Shown: positions 37,425-47,405, numbered from the stretch's first letter. The stretch is DNA of 64,000 nt from an uncultured Thermoleophilia bacterium (GCA_964533575.1 CAZHMG010000003.1:10276-74275), one strand, 5' to 3'. The notes: generated by a model not told the origin, from the sequence alone. Program-made: numbers and translations.

Positions 37425-39823
37425 ACGGCTGGACCCTCGTCTATGATGGATTCGACCCGGCCGACGAAGGGCTGCGCGAGGCGCTGTGCACGCTCGGCAA
37501 CGGCTACTTCGCCACCCGCGGGGCGCTGCCGGAAGCGAGCGCCGACGAGGTCCACTACCCGGGCACGTACGTCGCCGGGTGTTTCAACCGTCTCACGACC
37601 GAGATCGCCGGGAGGGACGTCGAGAACGAGGACATGGTCAATGTCCCGAACTGGCTGTCCTTCACCTTCCGCATCGAAGACGGTCCGTGGCTCGACCTGC
37701 GATCCGTGACCGTTCTGAGCCACACGCTCGAGCTCGACGTGCGCCGGGGCGTGCTCACACGCTTCACCAGGTTCATGGACGACGCCGGCCGGACGACCTC
37801 CCTCACACAGCGCCGCTTCGTTCACATGGACCTGCATCACCTCGCCGGGGTCGAGACCACGATCGTGGCCGAGGATTGGGCCGGCCGCGTGGACATCCTG
37901 TCCGCGCTCGACGGTACTGTGACGAACTCGGGTGTGCCTCGCTACCGGGAGCTGAGCCATATCCACCTCGCTCCCGTGGAGGAGGTCGTGGAGCAGGACG
38001 GCACGATGACGCTGGCCGTCGAGACGAGCCAGTCGCACATCCGTCTGGCGGAGTCGGCCTCCCTGAAGGTAAACGGGGCTTCCCTGGCCGACGGCGCGAT
38101 CCGCGAACGGATAGTCCGCCCCGGATACGTTGCAGTGCGCTTCACAGCCGATGTGGAGGCGGGCCAGCCGCTGCGCGTCGAGAAGGTCGTCACGCTCCTT
38201 TCATCGCGCGACGCGGCCATCTCCGCCCCGGAGACGTCGAGCCGGGCGATGCTCGATGCGGCGCTGCCGTTCGCCGAGCTCTTAGCGCTCCACGAGAAGG
38301 CCTGGGACCGGCTGTGGCGGCGCGCCGACGTCTCGCTGCCCGGCTCCCCAGACATGGAGCTCATGTTGCGCCTGCACGCGTATCACACCCTGCAGGTGGC
38401 ATCGCCGAACGTCGTGGGCCTCGACGTGGGGGCTCCCGCTCGCGGCCTCCACGGGGAGGCCTACCGCGGGCACATCTTCTGGGACGAGCTCTACATCCTG
38501 CCGTTTGTGACAAGGTCGCTGCCTCAGGTCTCGCGCTCGCTGCTGCTCTACCGCCATCGGCGCCTGCCTGCGGCCCGCGCCGCGGCCAGGGCAGCCGGGC
38601 TTCAGGGCGCCATGTTCCCCTGGCAGAGCGGCAGTGACGGGCGCGAAGAGACGCAGACGATGCACCTCAACCCGAAGTCCGGGCGCTGGCTGCCGGACAA
38701 CTCGCACCTCCAGCGTCACGTTGCTCTGGCCATCGCCTACAACGTCTGGAAGTACTACGAGTGGACCGGGGACGAGGAGTTTCTCGCCGGCTACGGCGCT
38801 GAGCTCTTCCTCGAGCTGTTGCGGTTCATGGCCGGGCTGGCCACGTTCAACGAGACGACTGGGCGCTACGACATCCGTGGCGTCATGGGGCCCGACGAGT
38901 ATCACGACGGGTATCCCGGCGTCGACGAACCCGGGATAGACAACAACACGTACACCAACGCTATGACCGCCTGGATGGCCGCGAAGGCCGGCGAGATTTT
39001 GGCGCGGCTGTCGGAATGGCGCCGCGCCGAGCTCTTCGACCAGCTCGGCATCGCCGACGACGAGCCGGCGCGCTGGGACGAGCTCTCGCGCCGGTTGACG
39101 CTGGTCTTCCAGGACGATGGCGTGCTCAGCCAGTTCGAGGGCTACGACGAGCTGCTGGAGTTCGACTGGGAGGGCTACCGCGCCAAGTACGGCGACATTC
39201 ACCGGCTCGACCGCATTCTGGAGGCGGAAGGCGATACCGCGAACCGCTACAAGCTGTCCAAGCAGGCAGACGTCGTGATGCTGTTCTACCTGCTGTCCTT
39301 TGAGGAGGTGGCGGCTCTGCTGGAGCGGCTGGACTATGGCTTCGATGCGGCTGCGGCCGATCGCACCATCGCCTATCACGAGCAGCGCAGTTCGCACGGC
39401 TCGACGCTCAGCCGAGCCGTGTATGCCTGGGCCATGGGGCGAAGCAATCCGGCAGCGGCCTGGCAGCACTTCGCCGTCGCCCTCGGCAGCGACCTGCATG
39501 ACATCCAGGGCGGCACGACGCGCGAGGGAGTGCACCTCGGCGTGATGGCGAGCACCGTCGATCTCATCCAGCGTGGCTACACGGGTCTGGGGACGAGCGC
39601 GGGGTGCCTCTCCTTCAACCCCCAGCTGCCCGATGAGATCCCGGAACTGTCGTACGCGATGTCGTACCGCGGGCATCTGATCGAGGTGTTCTGCAATCAC
39701 CAGACCCTTCGCCTGAGTCTCGCGGACACCGGTGCGGCATCGATCGCCGCGCGTGTGTGTGGCGACGAATGCCACCTCGTCTCCGGGCAGACGATCGAGG
39801 TGGGGCTGCCGGCGCGCTCATAA
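37421..39823 (+). CDS. Glycoside hydrolase family 65 disaccharide phosphorylase (trehalose / kojibiose / maltose phosphorylase-like)
   Basis: 800-aa protein with GH65 N-terminal, central catalytic (alpha/alpha)6 and C-terminal domains (...YRGHIFWDELYILPF..., ...GPDEYHDGYPGVDEPGIDNNTYTNAM...). Confidence 0.85.
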   Translation: MNGWTLVYDGFDPADEGLREALCTLGNGYFATRGALPEASADEVHYPGTYVAGCFNRLTTEIAGRDVENEDMVNVPNWLSFTFRIEDGPWLDLRSVTVLSHTLELDVRRGVLTRFTRFMDDAGRTTSLTQRRFVHMDLHHLAGVETTIVAEDWAGRVDILSALDGTVTNSGVPRYRELSHIHLAPVEEVVEQDGTMTLAVETSQSHIRLAESASLKVNGASLADGAIRERIVRPGYVAVRFTADVEAGQPLRVEKVVTLLSSRDAAISAPETSSRAMLDAALPFAELLALHEKAWDRLWRRADVSLPGSPDMELMLRLHAYHTLQVASPNVVGLDVGAPARGLHGEAYRGHIFWDELYILPFVTRSLPQVSRSLLLYRHRRLPAARAAARAAGLQGAMFPWQSGSDGREETQTMHLNPKSGRWLPDNSHLQRHVALAIAYNVWKYYEWTGDEEFLAGYGAELFLELLRFMAGLATFNETTGRYDIRGVMGPDEYHDGYPGVDEPGIDNNTYTNAMTAWMAAKAGEILARLSEWRRAELFDQLGIADDEPARWDELSRRLTLVFQDDGVLSQFEGYDELLEFDWEGYRAKYGDIHRLDRILEAEGDTANRYKLSKQADVVMLFYLLSFEEVAALLERLDYGFDAAAADRTIAYHEQRSSHGSTLSRAVYAWAMGRSNPAAAWQHFAVALGSDLHDIQGGTTREGVHLGVMASTVDLIQRGYTGLGTSAGCLSFNPQLPDEIPELSYAMSYRGHLIEVFCNHQTLRLSLADTGAASIAARVCGDECHLVSGQTIEVGLPARS

Positions 39824-39982
39824 CAAGGGATCGCCGATGTGCCGCGGCAGAGGAACCGCCCGGCCGGCGCCGAAGTGTGGCCGGATATGGCCTTTCCGGG
39901 CGGTCGCGCGCCGACCTGCCCGAGCAGGCTCAGGGGGCCACAAGTCGGTTTGCAGCCCTTTTCCCGGCGGCCGGCGGGGTGG

Positions 39983-40016
39983 GCGGGTTGAGGCTGCAGC
40001 CTCCGCCCGCCATAAT
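39983..40016 (+). promoter_or_regulatory. Putative promoter of the ftsE-ftsX operon (TTGAGG-17-CATAAT) overlapping a near-perfect 28-bp palindrome
   Basis: gcgggttGAGGCTGCAGCCTCcgcccgc is a palindrome whose 14-bp core is perfect. The -10 CATAAT is at 40011-40016, 44 nt upstream of ftsE ATG 40060. AAGGGAG SD is present. Confidence 0.35.
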
Positions 40017-40059
40017 CCCTGCTTGGGCTTCCTGACGGCTGACAAGGGAGAACGTCCCG

Positions 40060-40767
40060 ATGATAGTGTTCGAAGACGTCACCAAGACCTACGACCCGGG
40101 TACTGTCGGCCTCCAGAACTTCACCTGTCACATCGGCAAGGGGGAGTTCGTGTTCCTTGTGGGACCTTCGGGCTCGGGTAAATCCACCCTCATCAAGCTG
40201 GTCCTCCGGGAGCTCGTGCCCGACCAGGGGCGCATCCTCGTGGCGGGGCGAAACCTCAACACGCTCAGACGCAGCAAGGTGCCGCTGCTGCGGCGCAACA
40301 TCGGCTGTGTCTTCCAGGACTTCAAGCTGCTTCCCAACAAGACGGTGCATGACAACGTCGCGTACGCGCTCGAGGTCGTGGGCGAACCCAGACGATCGAT
40401 CCGCCGAAAGGTGCCCGAGATTCTCAGTCTCGTCGGCCTCTCAGAGAAGGTGAACAACTACCCGCACGAGATCTCGGGCGGCGAGCAGCAGCGTGTCTCG
40501 GTGGCACGCGCTTTCGTCAATCACCCGCCGCTGCTCCTGGCCGACGAGCCGACAGGCAACATCGACCCGGACACGGCCGTGGGCATCATGCAGCTGCTCG
40601 TGCGCATCCAGCGCACCGGCACCACCGTCGTCGTCGCCACACACGACCGCGACATGGTCAACCGCATGCGCCGGCGCGTGCTCCAGCTCGATCGCGGCGT
40701 GCTCGTACGCGACGAGCGGCGCGGCGCGTACGATCAGGTCGCAGAAGAGGTCGTCAGTGAGGTCTAG
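40060..40767 (+). CDS. ftsE: Cell division ATP-binding protein FtsE
   Basis: Walker A GPSGSGKST, signature ISGGEQQRVSVARA and Walker B LLLADEPTGNID. Confidence 0.9.
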   Translation: MIVFEDVTKTYDPGTVGLQNFTCHIGKGEFVFLVGPSGSGKSTLIKLVLRELVPDQGRILVAGRNLNTLRRSKVPLLRRNIGCVFQDFKLLPNKTVHDNVAYALEVVGEPRRSIRRKVPEILSLVGLSEKVNNYPHEISGGEQQRVSVARAFVNHPPLLLADEPTGNIDPDTAVGIMQLLVRIQRTGTTVVVATHDRDMVNRMRRRVLQLDRGVLVRDERRGAYDQVAEEVVSEV

Positions 40768-41665
40768 CTTCTTCTTCGGCGAGGCCCTCGGGTCGATGCG
40801 CCGCAACTGGGTCATGGCCATGGCGGCCGTGATCACCGTGTTCATCAGCACAGCCATCCTGGGCGGCGTACTCGTGACGCGCGACAACCTGAACGAGGGT
40901 GCAACAAACCTCAAGAACCGCGTCATGGTCGAGGTCTTCGTGCGCGATGAGGCGACGCCGGAAGCAGTGCAGGAACTGGAGCGTCGCATCCAGAACATCG
41001 CCGAGGTCAAGACGTACCGCTACATCTCCAAGGAGGAGGCGCTGGCCATCTTCCGCCAGCGCTACGGCAGCCTCGCCGACAATCTGCAGACCAATCCCCT
41101 CCCGGCGTCATTCGAGATCCAGGCCACCGACGCCAACGACGTCGACATGATCGCGCAGCAGTTCTTTGACGATCCGACCGTCGACAACGATCCCGGCACG
41201 CACAACGGAGTCAAGTACGCGCGTGAGACGGTGCGCAAGATGCTGGGGACGATCAGCATCATCGAGAAGGCCATGTGGGCGACGACGGGCATCTTCGCCG
41301 TCGCCGCCGTACTGCTCATCAGCACGACCGTGCGCCTTTCCATCTTCGCGCGACGGCGCGAGGTCGAGATCATGCGTCTGGTCGGAGCGACCAACTGGTT
41401 CATTCGCTGGCCTTTCGTGCTCGAGGGCTTCATGACGGGGCTCATCGGCGCGCTGCTCGCCTCAGCGTTCGTGTACGCCGGCAACTGGGCGATCTCAAGC
41501 TGGATTCAGAGCTCGGAGATCAACTTCATCGATCTGCAGGTGTATGAGATGTGGTGGCGAGCGGACGTCTGGCCGCTCGGCCTGATGCCGACGCTCGTCG
41601 TCATCGGCGCCCTCCTGGGCGCGTTCGGGAGCCTCGTGGCTCTGCGCCGCTACCTGAAGACGTGA
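40757..41665 (+). CDS. ftsX: Cell division permease-like protein FtsX
   Basis: VRSSFFFGEALGSMRRNWVMAMAAVITVFIS... with the typical FtsX 4-TM plus periplasmic loop topology. GTG 40757 overlaps the ftsE end. The ORF-track 5' extension to 40493 lies inside ftsE. Confidence 0.85.
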   Translation: MRSSFFFGEALGSMRRNWVMAMAAVITVFISTAILGGVLVTRDNLNEGATNLKNRVMVEVFVRDEATPEAVQELERRIQNIAEVKTYRYISKEEALAIFRQRYGSLADNLQTNPLPASFEIQATDANDVDMIAQQFFDDPTVDNDPGTHNGVKYARETVRKMLGTISIIEKAMWATTGIFAVAAVLLISTTVRLSIFARRREVEIMRLVGATNWFIRWPFVLEGFMTGLIGALLASAFVYAGNWAISSWIQSSEINFIDLQVYEMWWRADVWPLGLMPTLVVIGALLGAFGSLVALRRYLKT

Positions 41666-41711
41666 GAAACGGCGCGTCTACAGGATTCCGCCGTGCGTCC
41701 GAAGAACACTG

Positions 41712-42920
41712 GTGATTACCATGACAATCGCCCGTAGGCTCATCATCGCCGTCGTCCTTGCCGTCCTGGTGGCCGGCGTTGGGCAGGGCGTGTTCGCCCA
41801 GCCCGCAGACGCGAAGACGCAGGCCCAGATAAAGAAGGAGCTCAAGGCCGCGCGGACCAAGATCGCCGGCGCCAACGACCGCAAGCAGAACCTCGCCGAG
41901 CAGATCGCGGCGCTCGACAAGCGCCTCAACCAGATCGAGTCGGAGTTGCGACGCCTGGCGGGCAAGATCGAGTCGGTCGAAGCCAGACTGCAGGCAACCC
42001 GCGGACGGCTCGACGTGCTGCGCGAGCAGCTGCGCGTCAAGCGCCTGGAGCTGAGGGCGGCGGAGGCGAAGCTGCGGGCCGAAGAAGAGAACCTGCAGAC
42101 GCGCATGGTGCTCGCCTACAAGACCTCCGACCTCACGTATGTCGATGTCGTCCTGGCCTCGACCAGCTTCGAGGATCTCGTCACCCGCACGAGCATGGTG
42201 CAGGATCTCATCGACAGCAACAACGACCTGGTGGGGACGCTTGAGGAGGCGCGCGTCGTCGTCGAGCGCGAGAAGGTCGCCCTCGCCGAGAAGGAAGACG
42301 CCGTCCACGCTGCCGTGATCGAGCTTCAGGAGGAAGAGGACGAGCTGCTGACGTTGCGCGCGTCCCAGCGCGATCAGAAGGCTCAGTCGCTCACGGCGCG
42401 CAGCGAGAAGAACAGGGCGATGGCGGCCGTCAGGAAAGACATCGCCGTGCTCAAGCGCCAGGAGGCGCAGCTCATGGCCGAGAGCCGCCAGCTCTCCGGC
42501 GTCATCAGCAACTGGGGCGGAGGCGGAGGCGGCACCGGCGACATGATGCGGCCCGTCAACGGTCCTGTCACATCGCCCTTCGGCTATCGCATCCATCCGA
42601 TCCTCGCCTACAGGAGAATGCACACCGGCGTCGACTTCGGCGTGGGCTATGGGGCACCGATCCGGGCAGCCGACAGCGGTACAGTCATCTACGCGACATG
42701 GATGGGCGGCTACGGCAACGTGATCATCATCAATCACGGCGGGGGTCTGTCGACCCTGTACGCCCATCAGTCGTCGCTGGCCGCGGGAGCGGGAGCGAGC
42801 GTCGGCAGGGGCCAGGTGATCGGTTATGTCGGGTCGACCGGCTTGTCCACCGGGCCGCACCTGCATTTCGAGGTGAGGCGTAACGGAACCCCAGTCGACC
42901 CCATGCGCTACATCAACTGA
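41712..42920 (+). CDS. M23 family peptidase with N-terminal coiled coil (EnvC/PcsB-like murein hydrolase, FtsEX partner)
   Basis: A signal/TM N-terminus and a long coiled coil are followed by the LytM domain HTGVDFGVGYGAPIRAADSGTVIYATWMGGYGNVIIINHGGGLSTLYAHQS...GPHLHFEV. Confidence 0.8.
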   Translation: MITMTIARRLIIAVVLAVLVAGVGQGVFAQPADAKTQAQIKKELKAARTKIAGANDRKQNLAEQIAALDKRLNQIESELRRLAGKIESVEARLQATRGRLDVLREQLRVKRLELRAAEAKLRAEEENLQTRMVLAYKTSDLTYVDVVLASTSFEDLVTRTSMVQDLIDSNNDLVGTLEEARVVVEREKVALAEKEDAVHAAVIELQEEEDELLTLRASQRDQKAQSLTARSEKNRAMAAVRKDIAVLKRQEAQLMAESRQLSGVISNWGGGGGGTGDMMRPVNGPVTSPFGYRIHPILAYRRMHTGVDFGVGYGAPIRAADSGTVIYATWMGGYGNVIIINHGGGLSTLYAHQSSLAAGAGASVGRGQVIGYVGSTGLSTGPHLHFEVRRNGTPVDPMRYIN

Positions 42921-44095
42921 TGCGCGCCCTGCGCGCAATTGTCATCGTCCTGCTCGTCGCTCTCGGGTTCCTGGGAGGCTACTTCGCCGGCTGGTACCTG
43001 CACGGCGAAAACGTGACCTTCGGATCCAGCAGGAACAGCTCAGATAAGGCCGAGAAGGCGGGTGAGCTGCAACAGCGCATCGTGCAGGAGTTGCTGGATC
43101 GTTACTACAAGCCCGTGGATGTCGACCAGCTCTCACAGTCGGGCGTGCGCGGCACGCTCGAGTCGCTCGACGACCCATATACCGTGTACCTGTCGCCGGA
43201 AGAGACGCAGGCCTTCGAAGAGAAGCAGAAGGGCGAGTATTCGGGCATCGGCGCCGCCTTGCAGGCCGAGCCCGAGGGCCTGGTCATCACCAGCGTCTTC
43301 GAAGGGTCGCCAGCCGCCGGGGCGGGGCTGGAACCCGGCGATACCATCCTGATGGTCGACGAGCATGCGACGGCCGGCGTCGCCATCGAGACGAGCATCG
43401 CACGCATCAAGGGCGAGCCGGGCACCGATGTCGAACTCACGATCCAGCCGAAGAGCGGCGGGGAGAAGACGGTCAGCGTCACGCGCCGAACGATCGAGAT
43501 CCCGGAGACCAGCATTCGGATGGAGCGAACCGGCGGCGAGAAGATCGGCTACATCCAGCTGTACGAGTTTGGGGGCAACGCAGCGCGCGACGTGCGCGAG
43601 GACATCGAGACTCTCACAAAGCAGGGCGCCCAGTCGTTTGTTCTCGATCTGCGTTTCAACGGCGGGGGGCTCCTCGATCAGGCGGTGGACGTGACTGGTC
43701 TCTTCCGCACCGGCGTGGTGACGTCCACCAAGGGTTTGCACTCCCCGCTGGAGGTACTCGAGACGCGCGGGCCCGTGGCGACGACGAAGCCGCTGGCCGT
43801 CCTCGTCAACGGCTACTCGGCGAGCGCGTCAGAGATCGTGACGGGCGCTCTCAAGGATGCCGATCGCGCCGAGATCATCGGCACCAGGACGTTCGGAAAA
43901 GGCCTCGTCCAGAGCATCATTCCTCTCGGCGAGGGATCGGCGCTCAAGCTGACGACGGCCGTGTACCTCACGCCCAACGGCACCAGCATCAATAAGAAGG
44001 GTATCGCTCCGGACATCAAGGTCGTCGACGTGAAGAAGACGAAGAAGGACGAGCAGTTGGAGCGTGCGCTCGCCTATCTGGCGTCGCTGAACTGA
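42920..44095 (+). CDS. ctpA: S41 family carboxyl-terminal processing protease (CtpA-like) with PDZ domain
   Basis: An N-terminal TM and PDZ domain (GSPAAGAGLEPGDTILMVD) are followed by the catalytic GYSASASEIVTGALKD...TFGKGLVQS. Confidence 0.85.
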   Translation: MRALRAIVIVLLVALGFLGGYFAGWYLHGENVTFGSSRNSSDKAEKAGELQQRIVQELLDRYYKPVDVDQLSQSGVRGTLESLDDPYTVYLSPEETQAFEEKQKGEYSGIGAALQAEPEGLVITSVFEGSPAAGAGLEPGDTILMVDEHATAGVAIETSIARIKGEPGTDVELTIQPKSGGEKTVSVTRRTIEIPETSIRMERTGGEKIGYIQLYEFGGNAARDVREDIETLTKQGAQSFVLDLRFNGGGLLDQAVDVTGLFRTGVVTSTKGLHSPLEVLETRGPVATTKPLAVLVNGYSASASEIVTGALKDADRAEIIGTRTFGKGLVQSIIPLGEGSALKLTTAVYLTPNGTSINKKGIAPDIKVVDVKKTKKDEQLERALAYLASLN

Positions 44096-44160
44096 CGATT
44101 GAAGCCGGCCCCGGGGCGTGACTCGTCGCGTCGCCCAGCCGGAAGGGGGTGCCCGAACGC

Positions 44161-46197
44161 ATGGCGACTCGTCGAAACCAGCCGGCGCGCGGCGCCCACG
44201 GCAGAGGCGCCTCCAAGCGCGGCGAGCAGCCCCGCCGGCGTGAGCGGTCGGGCGCGAAGCCGCCGGGCGGGGAGCGGCACCCCGGTTCCGCCACCCAGCC
44301 CAAGCCGATGCCGTATCGGGTCACCAAGTGGGGCCGGTTCACGGCCCTCGAGCCCCTCTTCGCGGACGAACGCACGTATCTGATCGCCAAGGGCGGGCGG
44401 CCCGTCCAGCTCGATCAGGTCGTCCTCGCCGTCCCGTCACGAGGCGAGCGGCGCACTGTCGTCGAGGTGCTGGGGACGGTGGACGACCTCGACGCCGTCC
44501 TGGTCGGCATGCTCGCAGTCGCCGGCATTCCCCGCGGTTTCGATGACGATGTGCAAGAGGAGGCCGTGGCCGTCAGAGGCCGGTCGGGAAGAGTGGATGC
44601 GGGACGTCGAGACCTGACGGGACTGGCGGCCTTCACCATCGACCCCGACACGGCGCGGGACTTCGACGATGCGATCAGCGTGCGCCGCGATGGGGACGGG
44701 TATCGCGCGCACGTGCACATCGCCGACGTGTCGTACTTCGTGGACGACGACGGCGCGATCGAGGCGGAGGCGCGCCGCCGAACGTCGAGCGTGTACCTGC
44801 CGCTCTTCGCCGAGCCGATGCTGCCGTCGGCGCTGAGCAGCGACGTATGCAGTCTCGTGCCGCGCGAGTCGCGCAAGTGCCTGACGGTCGAGTTCACTTT
44901 CGATGCTGAGGGGCGCCGGACCACGACGCACTTCTATCGTTCCCTGATCCGCAGCGATCACCGCCTGACGTACGGCTTCGTCGACACGATCATCGGGCCT
45001 GACGAGGCGCCGCCGCCGGCGACGCGCGAGGCGGCGGCCGAGGCGGTCGGCACGCTGGGCGTCCCGGGAGCCACGACGCACGCCTCTGCTGAACTCATCC
45101 AGCAGCTCCGCCTGGCGGCGGAACTGGCGGAGGTGCTGCGCCGACGCCGCCAGGCCCGCGGCGCACTCACGCTCGGCTCGTTCGAACCGGAGTACGCGTT
45201 CGACCACGCCGGCGAGCTGTCCGCCGCGGTCATGCGCCCGGAGACGCCCTCGCACGCCCTCGTCGAGGAGTTCATGCTCGTCGCAAACGAGGCGGTGGCC
45301 GAGTTTCTGCTGCGCAAGAAGGCCAAGACCCTCTATCGTGTCCACGAGCCGCCGGCCGCAGCCAGCATGCGCGAGCTGCTGGACGCGCTGGAGGAGCTCG
45401 ACATACCCACGCCTGCGTTCCCCGAGGGTCAGGCGGTGCAGGCCGGTGACCTGGCTGAAGCATTCGCCGCAGTGGCGCGGATCGTTGCCGAGACGAGCGC
45501 TCGCGAGGGCCGTGGCCGGTGGGCTTGGTCCACCCTTCTGCTGCGCTCGCTCAAGCAGGCGCGGTACGCCCCCGTGAATCTCGGCCATTTCGGTCTCGCC
45601 AGTCCGGCGTACCTGCACTTCACGTCCCCCATCCGGCGCTACCCGGACCTCGTGACGCATCGCAGTCTCCTGCTTCACCTCGGCGAGACCGGGAGCGAGA
45701 TGGGCGAAGCGGAGATCGCGGCGGCCGGCGAGGACTGTTCCAGGCTGGAGCGCGACATCTCTCGTCTCGAGCTGAAGGCGGACGACGTCGCCCTCTGTGT
45801 CCTGCTGGAGCGGCGCCTCGGGAAGCAGGGCTGGGACGAGGTTTTCTCCGGCGAGATCATCGGGCTGATCGGCGCCGGTCTGTTCATCCGCTTCGGCGAG
45901 GTCTTCGAGGGGTTCCTGTCGTGCCGCCGTCTGGGCGGGGAACGCTTTGAGCCGAGCCCGCATTCAACGGCGCTCATCGGTCAACAGACCGGCCTCCGCT
46001 ATCGGCTCGGCGATACGGTTGACGTCAAGGTCGAGCGCGTGGACCGCCTGCGAGGGCGAGTTGACCTGGCCCTTTTCGAGCAGCCGGAGGCCACGGGACG
46101 CCGGGAAAGCGGGCCTTCCTCCGGTCGCACTGACCGCGGCCGAGGCCGGCCTCCGCGTCGTGGCGGGAGCACTCCTGCAGCTCGCCGTCGTCGCTGA
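44161..46197 (+). CDS. rnr: Ribonuclease R (RNase II/R family, RNB domain + S1)
   Basis: FTIDPDTARDFDDAISV...HIADVSYFV...SSVYLP are RNB motifs. A C-terminal S1-like region and a basic tail are present. The start is uncertain: ATG 44161 is chosen inside ORF 44149..46197. Confidence 0.85.
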   Translation: MATRRNQPARGAHGRGASKRGEQPRRRERSGAKPPGGERHPGSATQPKPMPYRVTKWGRFTALEPLFADERTYLIAKGGRPVQLDQVVLAVPSRGERRTVVEVLGTVDDLDAVLVGMLAVAGIPRGFDDDVQEEAVAVRGRSGRVDAGRRDLTGLAAFTIDPDTARDFDDAISVRRDGDGYRAHVHIADVSYFVDDDGAIEAEARRRTSSVYLPLFAEPMLPSALSSDVCSLVPRESRKCLTVEFTFDAEGRRTTTHFYRSLIRSDHRLTYGFVDTIIGPDEAPPPATREAAAEAVGTLGVPGATTHASAELIQQLRLAAELAEVLRRRRQARGALTLGSFEPEYAFDHAGELSAAVMRPETPSHALVEEFMLVANEAVAEFLLRKKAKTLYRVHEPPAAASMRELLDALEELDIPTPAFPEGQAVQAGDLAEAFAAVARIVAETSAREGRGRWAWSTLLLRSLKQARYAPVNLGHFGLASPAYLHFTSPIRRYPDLVTHRSLLLHLGETGSEMGEAEIAAAGEDCSRLERDISRLELKADDVALCVLLERRLGKQGWDEVFSGEIIGLIGAGLFIRFGEVFEGFLSCRRLGGERFEPSPHSTALIGQQTGLRYRLGDTVDVKVERVDRLRGRVDLALFEQPEATGRRESGPSSGRTDRGRGRPPRRGGSTPAARRRR

Positions 46198-46261
46198 TCC
46201 CAGAGGTCGCGCCTATGCCGAGCGCGGCGCAGGCTTGGGTTCCATAGGGTACGCTACGTGC

Positions 46262-46750
46262 ATGGCGCGCGAGACCGGCATCAAGAGAGTCGCGGAGAAC
46301 CGCAAGGCCTTCCACGACTACTTCATAGACGAGACGTACGAGGCGGGGATGGCGCTCGTAGGCACCGAGGTGAAGTCCCTCCGTGAAGGCCGCATCAATC
46401 TGCGTGACAGCTTCGTCGAGGTCAGGGGGGCGCTTCATGCCCCCGAGCTCTACCTCGTCGGAGCGCACATCAGCCCCTTCGCCCAAGGCAACATCTGGAA
46501 CCACGAGCCGTTGCGCTCGCGCAAGCTGCTGCTGCACCGTCAGGAGATCGAGCGCATCGCCCAGCGCGTCCGGGAGCGCGGCTACACGGTGGTTCCCACG
46601 AAGGTCTACTTCAAGGACGGGCGCGCCAAGATCGAGATAGGGCTGGCGCGCGGCAAGAAACTGTACGACAAACGCCAGGACATGGCTGAGCGCGACGCCA
46701 AGCGAGATGTCGAGCGGGTCCTGCGCGGGCGGGGGGAGGACGGCAGGTGA
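46262..46750 (+). CDS. smpB: SsrA-binding protein SmpB
   Basis: IKRVAENRKAFHDYFIDETYEAGMALVGTEVKSLREGRINLRDSFV...LLLHRQEI...KIEIGLARGKKLYDKRQ. Confidence 0.9.
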   Translation: MARETGIKRVAENRKAFHDYFIDETYEAGMALVGTEVKSLREGRINLRDSFVEVRGALHAPELYLVGAHISPFAQGNIWNHEPLRSRKLLLHRQEIERIAQRVRERGYTVVPTKVYFKDGRAKIEIGLARGKKLYDKRQDMAERDAKRDVERVLRGRGEDGR

Positions 46751-46752
46751 GG

Positions 46753-47031
46753 ATGGAGAGACTGAGTGACGCACAGAGGGATGAGGCGATTGGCCGCCTC
46801 GCCGGATGGAGCGCCGACGAGGCCGCGCTGACCCGCACGGTGCGCTTCGCCGACTTCGTCCAGGCGATGGATTTCGTCAACGAGGTGGCCGACCTGGCCG
46901 AGCGCCACAATCATCACCCGGACATCGACATCCGCTACAACAGGGTTACGCTGCGGCTCTCCTCACATGACGCCGGTGGCGTCACAGAGCGCGACGTCGC
47001 GCTGGCGAGGGCCATCGACCACCTCGCATGA
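46753..47031 (+). CDS. phhB: 4a-hydroxytetrahydrobiopterin dehydratase (pterin-4-alpha-carbinolamine dehydratase, PCD/DCoH)
   Basis: LAGWSADEAALTRTVRFADFVQAMDFVNEVADLAERHNHHPDIDIRYNRVTLRLSSHDAGGVT. AGGTGAGG SD lies before ATG 46753. Confidence 0.8.
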   Translation: MERLSDAQRDEAIGRLAGWSADEAALTRTVRFADFVQAMDFVNEVADLAERHNHHPDIDIRYNRVTLRLSSHDAGGVTERDVALARAIDHLA

Positions 47032-47156
47032 CGCCGGGCCCGGGCCGACCCGGCTCCGTTCAACGCACATCGGCAGCGGCCATCATGGGTGGCCGCTGCC
47101 GATGGTGCGTTACCGTGACTCTCTGACGCCGCGACCGCGGCGTGGGGTCAGGCCCC

Positions 47157-47372
47157 TCAGGTGAAGCCGCAGCCGGCGGGCGCCGCGCAGCTGCCGGCCG
47201 ACGCCGAACTCGCCGATGACGACGTCCCGCCGCACATGAAGCTCGTGAACTTCTGCTGCACATCCGTGGAGCCGCAGGCGGGGCACTGCTTCTGATCGTC
47301 CTTGAGAAACCCCATCGAGAACACTTCGAAGACGTTGTCGCAGGAGCGACAGGTGAGATCGTACGTTGCCAT
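47157..47372 (-). CDS. FmdB family zinc-ribbon protein
   Basis: MATYDLTCRSCDNVFEVFSMGFLKDDQKQCPACGS... is followed by a Ser/Ala/Cys tail, the typical FmdB architecture. Confidence 0.7.
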   Translation of the reverse strand: MATYDLTCRSCDNVFEVFSMGFLKDDQKQCPACGSTDVQQKFTSFMCGGTSSSASSASAGSCAAPAGCGFT

Positions 47373-47405
47373 GGACCAAGCATCCTTTCCGAGATCAGTC
47401 TGAGC

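Noticed and set aside
40493-40756. 5' extension of the FtsX ORF to 40493
   Set aside because: It lies inside ftsE in a different frame. FtsX homologs start near VRSSFFFGEAL (GTG 40757).
46751-47160. Search for tmRNA (ssrA) next to smpB and elsewhere
   Set aside because: No tRNA-like 3' end (GGTTCGATTCC...CCA type) or tmRNA 5' motif was seen downstream of smpB. The only tRNA-like T-arm in the window belongs to tRNA-Arg at 56588.
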